Origin: an uncultured Gemmatimonadales bacterium
GTDB lineage: Bacteria; Gemmatimonadota; Gemmatimonadetes; Gemmatimonadales; GWC2-71-9
Length of the DNA: 64,000 nt
Assembly: GCA_963771275.1 (NCBI GenBank)
Contig: CAVYSW010000005.1
Span: 1 to 64,000 of the forward strand
Direction: 5' to 3'
Below the pieces are notes generated by a model. That model was given only the letters and a program-made list of their open reading frames with translations, did no database searches and had not been told where the DNA came from. Positions 51,708-61,106 of the stretch are shown here, in pieces. Numbering within the stretch: position 1 is the stretch's first letter; the number at the start of each line of letters is the position of its first letter. The position numbers and the translations under genes were made by a program.

Positions 51708-52973
51708 ATGAAGCAGCTCTTCCACGACATCTTCTCGCGGGTCGAGGGCATGCCGTTCAGCATCACCTATCCGGACCGGAGCGCCGCCCGCTACGGGGGC
51801 GCGGGACAGCCGCGGTTCAACCTGATCTTCCGGACCGAAAAGGCGATGCGCGCCATCCTGGTGAACGTCGACCTCGGCTTCGGCGAGGCCTACATGGTCG
51901 GGGACATCGACCTCGACGGGTCGATGATCGACCTGATGGTGATGGTCATGACGACCGACCTGCTCGGCGCCTTCCGCAAGGTCATCTACCATCCGCGCAA
52001 CATGCTGCGCCATCTGCCGAGCCAGGCCCGCGTCTTCTGGCAGTACCTGTACCAGCGGCACAGCTACGCGAACGACAAGCGGTTCATCGCGGAGCCCTAC
52101 GATCTGGGCAACGATTTCTACGCCCTGTGGCTCGACAAGGACCTGCAGTACACCTGTGGCTACTTCAAGACGCCGGAGGATACCATCGACCTGGCGCAGG
52201 AGCAGAAGCGCGAGCACGTGTGCCGCAAGCTGCGGCTCCTGCCGGGCCAGAGCCTGCTCGACATCGGCTGCGGCTGGGGCGGCCTGCTGATCTACGCGGC
52301 GCAGCACCACGGCATCAGCGGTGTGGGCGTGACGCTGTCCAAGGAGCAGGCGGAGGAGGCGAACCGGCGGATCGCGCGGGCCGGCCTCCAGGACCGGATC
52401 CACGTGGAGCACGCCGACTACCGGGACCTCCCCGCCCAGGGCCGCGTGTTCGACAAGGTGGTCTCGGTCGGCTGCCTGGAGCACGTGGGCAAGGAGAACC
52501 ACGAGCAGTTCTTCCGGATCGCGCGCCAGTCGCTGAAGCCCGACGGCACCTTCGTGCTCCACACCATCGGCCGGATCAAGCCGGGCATTCCGCTCGCGTT
52601 CGGCAACAAGCACGTGTTCCCGGGCGTCTACACCGCGACGCTGGTGGAAATCAGCCAGTGCCTCGCCGACCTCGGCATGCGGATCCACGACGTGGAGAAC
52701 CTGCGCCTGCACTACTCCTACACGACGCAGCGGTGGCTGGACGCCTTCGAGGCGCACGCGGACCGGATTCGCGCGATGTACGATGAGTCCCTCGTGCGGC
52801 TGTTCCGCCTCTACCTGTCCCACGGCGTCGCCCTGATGCGCTACGGCAAGAACGAGCTGTATCAGCTCATCATCACGCCCGGCATCGACAACGAGCGGCC
52901 GCTGACACGGGACTGGCTCTACGCGGCGGTGGCGGAGCAGCGGGGGCTTGCGAGATCGGCCGTGATTTCCTAG
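51708..52973 (+). CDS. cfa: Cyclopropane-fatty-acyl-phospholipid synthase family methyltransferase
   Basis: YDLGNDFY, YTCGYF, LLDIGCGWG, VSVGCLEHVG and HYSYT. Confidence 0.9.
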   Translation: MKQLFHDIFSRVEGMPFSITYPDRSAARYGGAGQPRFNLIFRTEKAMRAILVNVDLGFGEAYMVGDIDLDGSMIDLMVMVMTTDLLGAFRKVIYHPRNMLRHLPSQARVFWQYLYQRHSYANDKRFIAEPYDLGNDFYALWLDKDLQYTCGYFKTPEDTIDLAQEQKREHVCRKLRLLPGQSLLDIGCGWGGLLIYAAQHHGISGVGVTLSKEQAEEANRRIARAGLQDRIHVEHADYRDLPAQGRVFDKVVSVGCLEHVGKENHEQFFRIARQSLKPDGTFVLHTIGRIKPGIPLAFGNKHVFPGVYTATLVEISQCLADLGMRIHDVENLRLHYSYTTQRWLDAFEAHADRIRAMYDESLVRLFRLYLSHGVALMRYGKNELYQLIITPGIDNERPLTRDWLYAAVAEQRGLARSAVIS

Positions 52974-53071
52974 CATGACACGCTGAGGAAGCCTCAAGTG
53001 TGGATCACTTGTCGCTGGATTGCCGGAAGCGGCTCGCCAGCATGCTACCCATTTCGCCCAGGAGGCCGCTC

Positions 53072-54169
53072 ATGCGCTCACCATTTCTTCCCTTAGTCGG
53101 TGTCCTCCTCACGGCCGTGTCGCTGGGCTGTGGCGAGGGTGTCGCGTCCGTCCAGGTGACACCGAGCCAAGTGCGAATCGTTCCGGAGGATACCGTCCGG
53201 CTCACCGCCAGCGTGCTTGGCGAGGATGGCCACGTCCTGACCGACAAGACCATCAGCTGGACGAGTGCCAACGAGGCCGTGGCGACTGTGAGCACCACGG
53301 GCCTCGTGACTGCCGTGGCGAACGGTGTCGCGGACATCAGCGCGACGGCCGACGGCATCCCCGGTACCGCCGCGGTCACCGTCCTGACCCCCGCGGTGCT
53401 CGTGCTCTCCAATGAGGCTTCGGGGAACGCGGTGATCGCGGACTCGTTCCCCGTACACGAAGCGCACCTGACGTTCGACACGCTCGACGTGAGCTCTCAG
53501 ACCCCCACCGTCGCGTTCCTGAGCCAGTATGACGTGGTCCTGCTCTACGAGGACGGTGTCTTCGCCAACAGTCTGAACGTGGGCGACTCGGTTGGCGCCT
53601 ACGTGTCGGGTGGCGGCAATGTGGTGCTGGGCACGTTCTACTGGCAGGACCGGAGCGACAACACCCAGTACTCTGCTCACGGTTGGGGCCTGCTCGAGAC
53701 GCTCGACCCGTTCACGGCCCCCTACGGGTCGGAGTACCGGCCAGACAGCCTCGATGTCGCCTCGATCGTCCCGCATCCGATCACGGCGGGGGTGGGCCAC
53801 CTCTGGGTGGACGAGTTCCATGGCGGGGTGGCGGCCAAGACCGGGACGACGGTGCTGGCGCGGTGGTCAGACGAGTGCCAGACCTGCACGGCGGGTGTGA
53901 ACGACCCCGCCGTCGGGTACCGCATCGGTTCCAGCGGCCAGCGGATCGTCGGCATCTCGGTGGCGCCGCACTATCCGGGCACCGGCGGGAGCTACACGGG
54001 GGACTTCTATCGTTTGTGGGGCAACGCCCTGCGGTGGGCCGCCCTCGGCGGATCCGGGGCCGCGCTGGCGCGGTCGGCGGTGCCGCTGGTGTCGCGTGCT
54101 TCCCCGGCGAGCACCCCCGCGGCGCGCGGGGTTGTTGGTGGAAGTCGGGGGCGGCGCGGCGCGCGCTGA
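53072..54169 (+). CDS. Lipoprotein with Big_2 Ig domain and a GATase-like/ThuA-like fold domain
   Basis: GGAGG RBS, SLGC lipobox, WTSANEAVATV, then LSQYDVVLL...YVSGGGNVV and HPITAGV. Confidence 0.8.
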   Translation: MRSPFLPLVGVLLTAVSLGCGEGVASVQVTPSQVRIVPEDTVRLTASVLGEDGHVLTDKTISWTSANEAVATVSTTGLVTAVANGVADISATADGIPGTAAVTVLTPAVLVLSNEASGNAVIADSFPVHEAHLTFDTLDVSSQTPTVAFLSQYDVVLLYEDGVFANSLNVGDSVGAYVSGGGNVVLGTFYWQDRSDNTQYSAHGWGLLETLDPFTAPYGSEYRPDSLDVASIVPHPITAGVGHLWVDEFHGGVAAKTGTTVLARWSDECQTCTAGVNDPAVGYRIGSSGQRIVGISVAPHYPGTGGSYTGDFYRLWGNALRWAALGGSGAALARSAVPLVSRASPASTPAARGVVGGSRGRRGAR

Positions 54170-54319
54170 GCCGATCCGGGAAAGCGCCGAGGTCTCGAGC
54201 GGCCGCGACGGCCGTGGGGCCTCGGCGCTCCGCCCAGTGTGGTCTTCGCCGGATGAACTCCCCGCTCCGGCCTGCTCGCGCTCTTCCGCCGAGTCGCGGT
54301 CGAGCGCATCCCTCCCGCA

Positions 54320-56239
54320 ATGCCCATGGATGAGCTGAGGGCGCTCCGCTCGCTCGCCAAGGCCATGGGTGTCCACACCCGCTACACCGACGGCCTCGGC
54401 AAGCGCGTCACGGTGGCTCCTGAGACGCTGGTGCGCGTCTGCGCCGCGCTCGGTGCCCCGATCGGCCGTCCCGCCGATGCCCCGCAGGCGCTGCGCGCCC
54501 AGCGCGCGGCCGGGCGCACCGGCGCCGTGCCGCCCGTCCTCGTCGCCTGGGACGGCGCCCTGCCTCCCCTCACGGTTCCGGACGGTGGCCCCGTGCGGGC
54601 GGAGCTGCTGCTGGAAGGCGGCGACATCGCGCCGCTCGAGATCGCCGACGGCACGCTGCGGGCAACTCACCCCCTTCCCTTCGGCTACCATCGCCTCTCG
54701 GTCGAGGTCCGGGGGCAGAGCGCGACGTGCACGGTCATCGCCGCCCCCGTCCACGCGTGGCGCCGGCCCGGAGCGCACCGGAGCTGGGGTGTCGGGACGC
54801 AGCTCGCTGCCCTCCGCTCGGCGCGCAGCCGCTCCGTGGGCGACCTCAGGGATCTCGAGGCGCTGTGCCGCTGGGTGCGCGACCGGGGCGGCGACCTCGT
54901 CACGGTCCTCCCGCTCAGTCCCACGTTCAACTCGGAGTGGCCGGAGCCCAGCCCGTACTCGCCCGTGAGCCGCCTGTTCTGGTCGGAGCTGATGCTCGAT
55001 CTTGGAGAAGCGCATCATTCGGTTCCGGCGCCCGCGACCCTCGATGTGACCCGGGCCGACGCCGAGGTCCGGGCGGCGCTGCTCGGCCGACCGGTGCCGG
55101 AGCCGTCGCTCCTGGACGAGGAGCTGATCCGCTACGCGCGGTTCCGCGGCGCGCAGGCGCGGCTCGGCAGGAACTGGCGGGACTGGCCGGCGCGGGCCCG
55201 CGCCGGGACGCTCGAGCCCGGCCACGTGGACGCCGCGGAGGAGCGCTTCCACCTCGTGGCCCAGACGCTGGTGCGCCGGCAGCTCCACGACCTCCGCGAG
55301 CGGCTGGACCGGGACGGCTTCCGCCTGGGCCTGGACCTGGCGGTGGGGGTCCATCCCGACGGGTACGATCCCTGGTCGCGACAGACCTTGTTCGGCGACG
55401 GCATGTCGGTGGGGGCACCGCCCGATCGCGGCTTCCCGAGCGGGCAGGACTGGGGCTTCTCGCCCGTGCTGCCCGACGCGTCGCGCCGCGAGGGTCACCG
55501 GTACGTGGCGGCGTCGATCGCCCAGCAGGCGGGGCTCGCCGGCGTGCTCCGGGTGGACCACATGATGGCGTGGACCCGGCTCTACTGGATTCCCCACGGG
55601 TTCGGGCTGCACGAAGGGACCTACGTCTCGTATCCCGCCGAGGAGCTGTTCGCCGTGCTCACGCTCGAGTCGCACCGCAACCGCTGCGAGGTGGTGGGCG
55701 AGAACCTGGGGACCGTGCCGCCCGAGATCGACGAGGCGCTGCCGCGCCACCGGATCTGGGGGATGTACGTGGCGCAGTTCGCGGCCGCGGACGACCCGCA
55801 CGTCGCGCCGCCGAAAGCCACGGACATGGCGCTGCTGAACACGCATGACACCCCCACGTTCGCGGGGTGGCTCGGCGCCACGGACGTCGCCGAGCGGGTG
55901 CGCTACGGCCTCCTGGCGGAGGCGGCGGTCCCGCGCGTCCGGCAGGACCGGTCGCGCGCCGCCCGCCGGCTGGCCAAGCTGCTGGGTCGCGGCGTGAACG
56001 AGCCCGCTGCGCTCCTGGGCGAGTTGCTGGAATGGCTGGGCCGGTCGGACAGCCCGCTGGTGGTCCCGTGGCTCGAGGACCTCTGGCTCGAGGATATCGG
56101 GGTGAACCTCCCCGGGACGCGCTCGTCGGAGCGTGCCAACTGGCAGCGCCCCATGCGGCGGCTGCTCGACGAGATCTTCGGCGACCCCGGGATCGACGGC
56201 CTGGTCCGCGGCCTCGACCGCGCGCGGCGGGGCGGATGA
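54320..56239 (+). CDS. malQ: 4-alpha-glucanotransferase (GH77)
   Basis: PSPYSPVSR, LDLAVGVHPDG, GAPPD, LRVDH, GENLG, NTHD and NLPGT. Start 54320 or 54326. Confidence 0.93.
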   Translation: MPMDELRALRSLAKAMGVHTRYTDGLGKRVTVAPETLVRVCAALGAPIGRPADAPQALRAQRAAGRTGAVPPVLVAWDGALPPLTVPDGGPVRAELLLEGGDIAPLEIADGTLRATHPLPFGYHRLSVEVRGQSATCTVIAAPVHAWRRPGAHRSWGVGTQLAALRSARSRSVGDLRDLEALCRWVRDRGGDLVTVLPLSPTFNSEWPEPSPYSPVSRLFWSELMLDLGEAHHSVPAPATLDVTRADAEVRAALLGRPVPEPSLLDEELIRYARFRGAQARLGRNWRDWPARARAGTLEPGHVDAAEERFHLVAQTLVRRQLHDLRERLDRDGFRLGLDLAVGVHPDGYDPWSRQTLFGDGMSVGAPPDRGFPSGQDWGFSPVLPDASRREGHRYVAASIAQQAGLAGVLRVDHMMAWTRLYWIPHGFGLHEGTYVSYPAEELFAVLTLESHRNRCEVVGENLGTVPPEIDEALPRHRIWGMYVAQFAAADDPHVAPPKATDMALLNTHDTPTFAGWLGATDVAERVRYGLLAEAAVPRVRQDRSRAARRLAKLLGRGVNEPAALLGELLEWLGRSDSPLVVPWLEDLWLEDIGVNLPGTRSSERANWQRPMRRLLDEIFGDPGIDGLVRGLDRARRGG

Positions 56240-56258
56240 GGCGAGATGGCGGGTTGCC

Positions 56259-56293
56259 GATCGAAGATGGAAGATTGAAGATTGAAGACTGAA
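56259..56293 (+). repeat. 5x heptamer tandem repeat (GAYBGAA)
   Basis: gatcgaa gatggaa gattgaa gattgaa gactgaa. Confidence 0.85.
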
Positions 56294-56363
56294 AGTCGGA
56301 GAAGGTAGATCCGAGGCGTAGACGGATCGCAGCGACTCCACCCCTGGAAGGCACAGATCCGCC

Positions 56364-57911
56364 ATGGGTACACCCGCCAATCCCGCGCACGCCGTCCGGC
56401 CCAAGCCGCGGCTCTCGTTCTGGGACATCTGGAACATGAGCTTCGGCTTCCTCGGCATTCAGTTCGGCTTCGCGCTGCAGAATGCGAACGTGAGCCGGAT
56501 CTTCGAGACGCTGGGCGCCGGCGTGGAGAACATCCCGATCCTGTGGATCGCGGCGCCGGTGACCGGGCTCGTGGTCCAGCCCATCGTCGGCTACTTCAGC
56601 GACCGGACCTGGAACCGGCTGGGCCGCCGCCGTCCGTACTTCCTCGGCGGGGCCATTCTCGCGTCGCTGGCTCTGGTTGCCATGCCGAACTCCCCGGTCC
56701 TGTGGGTCGCGGCCGGCATGCTCTGGATCATGGACGCCTCGATCAACATCTCGATGGAGCCGTTCCGCGCCTTCGTGGGCGACAACCTGCCCTCGACGCA
56801 GCGCACCACCGGGTTCGCGATGCAGAGCTTCTTCATCGGGACCGGCGCGGTCGTGGCGTCCGTGCTGCCCTGGCTGCTCACCAAGCAGTTCGGCGTTCGC
56901 AACACGGCACCCGAGGGGATGATCCCCGAGTCCGTGCGGCTCTCGTTCTACCTCGGCGCCGCGGTCTTCTTCGTCGCGGTGCTGTGGACGGTCATCCGGT
57001 CGAAGGAGTACTCGCCCGAGGAGATGGCCTCGTTCGCGGAGAACCGTGAGCGGGAAACCACGGTCAGGGAGCGGCGGACGGCGGCGCAGTACGCCGTGAA
57101 TGGCAGGCGCCAGATCCTCGTGGGCCTGTTCCTGATCGTGGCGGGGGTGCTGCTCAGCCTGTGGCTCGCCTCCGAGCAGGCCGATCAGGTGATCATCTTG
57201 TCGGCCGGGATCGGCGTCGTCGGCGTGCTGCTGATCGTCGGAGGGCTGCTGCAGCGGGGCGGCTGGTACGACAACGGGTTCATCACCATCCTCAACGACT
57301 TCCAGGACATGCCCCGGACCATGAAGCAGCTGGCCGTGGTGCAGTTCTTCTCCTGGTTCGCGCTGTTCGCGATGTGGATCTACACGACGCCGGGGGTGAC
57401 CGCCCACATCTATCACACCACCGACACGAAATCGGCGCTGTTCAACGAGGGAGCCAACTGGGTGGGGGTCGCCTTCGCCGTCTACAACGGCGTCGCCGCG
57501 CTCGTGGCGTTCGCCCTTCCGGTGCTGGCGAGGTGGACGAGCCGGAAGATCACCCACGTGATCTGCCTGGTGCTCGGCGCGCTGGGGTTCCTCTCCATCT
57601 TCGTCATTACCGACCCGCGCTACCTGCTGGGCTCGATGGTAGGGGTGGGGATCGCGTGGGCCAGCATCCTCGCCATGCCCTATGCGATCCTGACCGGGTC
57701 GCTGCCGCCCTCGAAGATGGGCTACTACATGGGGGTCTTCAATTACTTCATCGTGATCCCCCAGATCGTCGCCGCCGCCGTGCTCGGCTTCATCGTGGGG
57801 CGCTTCTTCGGCGGCGAGGCGATCTACGCCCTGCTGATCGGCGGCGCGTCGCTCGTGGTCGCCGCGGCGCTCACGCTGCGCGTGGAGGACAGGGACGAGG
57901 TGGCGGGCTAA
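56364..57911 (+). CDS. MFS sugar transporter (maltose/sucrose type)
   Basis: IWNMSFGFLGIQFGFALQN, SDRTWNRLGRRRPY and WASILAMPY; many TM helices. Confidence 0.92.
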   Translation: MGTPANPAHAVRPKPRLSFWDIWNMSFGFLGIQFGFALQNANVSRIFETLGAGVENIPILWIAAPVTGLVVQPIVGYFSDRTWNRLGRRRPYFLGGAILASLALVAMPNSPVLWVAAGMLWIMDASINISMEPFRAFVGDNLPSTQRTTGFAMQSFFIGTGAVVASVLPWLLTKQFGVRNTAPEGMIPESVRLSFYLGAAVFFVAVLWTVIRSKEYSPEEMASFAENRERETTVRERRTAAQYAVNGRRQILVGLFLIVAGVLLSLWLASEQADQVIILSAGIGVVGVLLIVGGLLQRGGWYDNGFITILNDFQDMPRTMKQLAVVQFFSWFALFAMWIYTTPGVTAHIYHTTDTKSALFNEGANWVGVAFAVYNGVAALVAFALPVLARWTSRKITHVICLVLGALGFLSIFVITDPRYLLGSMVGVGIAWASILAMPYAILTGSLPPSKMGYYMGVFNYFIVIPQIVAAAVLGFIVGRFFGGEAIYALLIGGASLVVAAALTLRVEDRDEVAG

Positions 57912-58071
57912 CCGCAGAGAGCGCAGCGCTCGCAGAGGGGGTGCACGGTCTGACGGCTCTGCGGTCTCCGCGATCTCCGCGGTTTCTTGCTGATGGGCAC
58001 CGCAGAGAGCGCAGAGCTCGCAGAGGGGGTGCACGGTCTTACGGCTCTGCGGTCTCCGCGATCTCCGCGGT
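57911..58071. repeat. Two 73-bp direct repeats, each an imperfect palindrome (REP-like)
   Basis: Copies at 57911-57983 and 57999-58071 differ at 2 positions; arms are accgcagagagcgcagagctcgcagag ... ctctgcggtctccgcgatctccgcggt. Confidence 0.92.
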
Positions 58072-58098
58072 GCATACCTGACGAAAGGGAACCTCAAC

Positions 58099-59781
58099 AT
58101 GAAGCTGATCCGCGCCGCGGCGCTCATCGCCCTGGCCCTCGCCCTCTCGGCGTGCCGCGACAAGGCGCCCGGCTCCAACGCTCAGGCCGGGGCGGTCGCG
58201 GCGGCCGAGGCGACGGCTCCGGCGACATTCTGGAACGGTGCCACCGTCTACTTCCTCCTCACCGATCGGTTCGAGAACGGCGATTCCACCAACGACCGCG
58301 CGCTGGGCCGGGCACACGACGGTGCCGTGCTGCGGAGCTTCGAGGGTGGGGACCTCGCGGGCGTGCTCCGCAAGATCGAGGAGGGCTACTTCGACAGTCT
58401 CGGCGTGGACGCCATCTGGATGACCCCGTTCGAGGAGCAGATCCGCGGGAGCGTGGACGAGGGCACGGGGAAGACCTACGGCTACCACGGCTACTGGACG
58501 CGGGACTGGACCGCCGTCGACCCCGCGCTGGGCACCACGGACGATCTGCGCGCGGTGGTCGACGCGGCCCACCGGCACGGCATCCGCGTGCTGATGGACG
58601 CCGTGATCAACCACACGGGACCGGTGACGCCGCTCGATCCCGGGTGGCCCGCCGACTGGGTGCGCGCGGGCCCCAACTGCACCTATCGGGACTACGCCAC
58701 CACCGTGGACTGCAATCTGGTGGCCACCCTGCCGGACATCCGCACCGACAGCGACCAGCCCGTGGCCCTGCCCCAGTGGCTCACGGAGAAGTGGCGGCAT
58801 GAAGGCCGCCTCGACGGCGAGATGGCGGGTCTCGACGCCTTCTTCCAGCGCACCGGCTACCCGCGCGCGCCGCGCTACTACCTCATCAAGTGGCTCACCA
58901 ACTGGGTGCGCGATTTCGGATTCGACGGCTACCGCATGGACACCGCCAAGCACTTCGAGGAGGCGGTGAGCGCCGAGCTCAAGCGCGAGGCCGACCGGGC
59001 GTTCGCGGACTGGAAGGCGGCACATCCGGACCAGGTGCTGGACAGCCTGCCGTTCTACATGATGGGCGAGGTCTACGGCTGGGACCCGGGCCAGGGGCGG
59101 GCCTTCAACTATGGGGACAGCACCGTTGACTTCTTCGCCTACGGGTACGACGGGCTGATCAACTTCGGCTTCAAGAGCGAGCGGGGGCCGCTGGACGATC
59201 TGTTCACGCGCTACGCCGCGGCGCTCCACGGTCCGCTCGCGGGGGTCGCGTTCCTCAACTACCTCGACTCCCACGACGACGGGTCGCCGTACGACCCGGA
59301 CCGGAAAGATCCGCTCGGCGCGGGCACTCGGCTGCTGTTGGCGCCGGGTGGCGCGGAGATCTACTACGGTGACGAGCTGGCGCGGCCGCTCCGGGTTGCG
59401 GGTGCGCAGGGCGACGCCAACCTGCGCTCGTTCATGAACTGGTCGGATCTGGCGCGCGGCGGCTCCACCGCCCAAATCCTGGAGCACTGGCGGAAGCTGG
59501 GCCGGTTCCGGCACGACCACCCGGCGGTGGGAGCCGGCGAGCACCAGATGCTCCAGGAAAAGCCCTACATCTTCAGCCGCACGCTCGAGCGGGATGGGCG
59601 CGTCGATCGCGTGATCGTGGCGCTGGACCAGGGGGAAGGCGCCAAGACGATTCCCGTGTCTGGCGTATTCCCCGACGGGACCGAGCTGCTGGACGCCTAC
59701 TCGGGCACCGTGGGCACGGTGACGAACGGCGCAATCGCGCTTACGACGCCATTCGGCCTGGTGCTGCTGAGCGAGCGTTAG
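58099..59781 (+). CDS. GH13 alpha-amylase lipoprotein
   Basis: LSAC lipobox, TDRFENGD, YHGYW, DAVINH, DGYRMDTAKH, GEV and DSHD. Confidence 0.93.
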   Translation: MKLIRAAALIALALALSACRDKAPGSNAQAGAVAAAEATAPATFWNGATVYFLLTDRFENGDSTNDRALGRAHDGAVLRSFEGGDLAGVLRKIEEGYFDSLGVDAIWMTPFEEQIRGSVDEGTGKTYGYHGYWTRDWTAVDPALGTTDDLRAVVDAAHRHGIRVLMDAVINHTGPVTPLDPGWPADWVRAGPNCTYRDYATTVDCNLVATLPDIRTDSDQPVALPQWLTEKWRHEGRLDGEMAGLDAFFQRTGYPRAPRYYLIKWLTNWVRDFGFDGYRMDTAKHFEEAVSAELKREADRAFADWKAAHPDQVLDSLPFYMMGEVYGWDPGQGRAFNYGDSTVDFFAYGYDGLINFGFKSERGPLDDLFTRYAAALHGPLAGVAFLNYLDSHDDGSPYDPDRKDPLGAGTRLLLAPGGAEIYYGDELARPLRVAGAQGDANLRSFMNWSDLARGGSTAQILEHWRKLGRFRHDHPAVGAGEHQMLQEKPYIFSRTLERDGRVDRVIVALDQGEGAKTIPVSGVFPDGTELLDAYSGTVGTVTNGAIALTTPFGLVLLSER

Positions 59782-59784
59782 AGG

Positions 59785-61014
59785 CTACGGTTCCCGCCGT
59801 CCGAACAGGAACGTCAGCGGGTCGTCGAGCCGGGCCCGCCACGAGGTTTCGTTGTGCGTGGCGCCCTCGTAGCGCCGGACGACAAAGTCCTTGCCCTCGA
59901 TCAGCCCCTGCCTCAGCAACCAGGCGCGCACGGTGTCATGGGTGGGTCCGTACGTGGAGTCGAGCCCCTGACCACCGTAGTCGAACCAGTAGCGCGCCCC
60001 CTTGGGAACGGTGAGGCCCGCCCGAATGTCGCGGATCACATAGGGCGTCGTGTCCGGGTGGGTCGCGGTCACCGACCCGGGGAAGTACTGAGCGACCATG
60101 GCCTCCGACAGCGGGAAGTGGGTGGACAGGCAGCCGCAGGCGCCGAACACGTCCGGGTGGCGGGTCACGAGGTAGAACGACAGCAGGCCGCCCATGGATG
60201 AGCCCATGACGGCGGTGTGCTCCGGTCCGGTCAGCGTACGGAAGGCACGGTTCACCCGCGGTATCAGCTCCTCGATCAGGAAGCGCGCGTAGTCGGGCGC
60301 CCCCTGCCAGGGCGAGTACTCGCGCCCGCGCTGGGCCGAATTCCACACGCCCACCACGATCACAGGCGGGATCACCCCCCGTTGGACCAGCCGCACGACC
60401 GCCTCGTCCACCCCCCAATCCACGCCCGTGTTGGCGATGCGCGGATCGAACAGGTTCTGCCCGTCGGACATGTAGAGCACGGGATAGGGCGTGGACGGAG
60501 CGTCGTCGTAGCCCGGAGGCAGCCAGATCTCCACGTGCCGCGTGGGGCCGAGGTGCGCCGACGTGACGTCCGTCCAGTAGACCAGCCGGCCCAGGACGCC
60601 CGAGCCCTTCCAGTCGGTGATGTAGTCGCGCGGGTCCTTCTTGAAGCCGGTGATGTCGTGCGTGGCCCGCGCGTCCCGCTCGATCACCAGCCGGTAGTTG
60701 GGCGGGACCTGCCCCACGCCATTCAGGGCTTCACGGTCCCACGAGCCGAGCGTGAACTTGTACTCGATCGTGGTGCCGGCGGCCGCGGTGATCCGCACGC
60801 TGCGCTCGCGGCCGGTGCCCGCCATGGCGCGTCCGTCGGGTCGCCAGGGCCCGAGCTCGGGGAGGCTGCCGGCGAGATAGACCGTGCCTGTGCCATCGGG
60901 CACGTGCACGCGGATCGTCACCGTGCAGCATTGGGCGGCGGTCTGGGAGAGTGCGGTGGCGCCGGGGGAGCACGTGGCGGCGAGCAGGGCGCCGAGCGCG
61001 AGACGCAAGCGCAT
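59785..61014 (-). CDS. Secreted CBM20-like domain plus alpha/beta-hydrolase (esterase)
   Basis: VYLAGSLPELGPW...IEYKFT CBM20-like domain; IWLPPGY, DGQNLFD, GSSMGG and ATHNE. The upstream ORF extension is a shadow. Confidence 0.88.
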   Translation of the reverse strand: MRLRLALGALLAATCSPGATALSQTAAQCCTVTIRVHVPDGTGTVYLAGSLPELGPWRPDGRAMAGTGRERSVRITAAAGTTIEYKFTLGSWDREALNGVGQVPPNYRLVIERDARATHDITGFKKDPRDYITDWKGSGVLGRLVYWTDVTSAHLGPTRHVEIWLPPGYDDAPSTPYPVLYMSDGQNLFDPRIANTGVDWGVDEAVVRLVQRGVIPPVIVVGVWNSAQRGREYSPWQGAPDYARFLIEELIPRVNRAFRTLTGPEHTAVMGSSMGGLLSFYLVTRHPDVFGACGCLSTHFPLSEAMVAQYFPGSVTATHPDTTPYVIRDIRAGLTVPKGARYWFDYGGQGLDSTYGPTHDTVRAWLLRQGLIEGKDFVVRRYEGATHNETSWRARLDDPLTFLFGRREP

Positions 61015-61106
61015 GGGGAATGCTCCGGGAAAGGTGTGGCGTTGCGCGACGCCGGAACCTACGCGACGGCGCCCGGGTTGGCCACGCGGCCGCTGTGGCG
61101 CCCGCC

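Noticed and set aside
54183..54229. Hairpin as an intrinsic terminator
   Set aside because: The stem is present, but it has a long loop and no U-tract.
57911..58071. Possible CRISPR array
   Set aside because: Only two 73-bp units with a 15-bp gap, and no cas operon. The Cas4-like DUF2779 gene is distant and lacks cas1/cas2.
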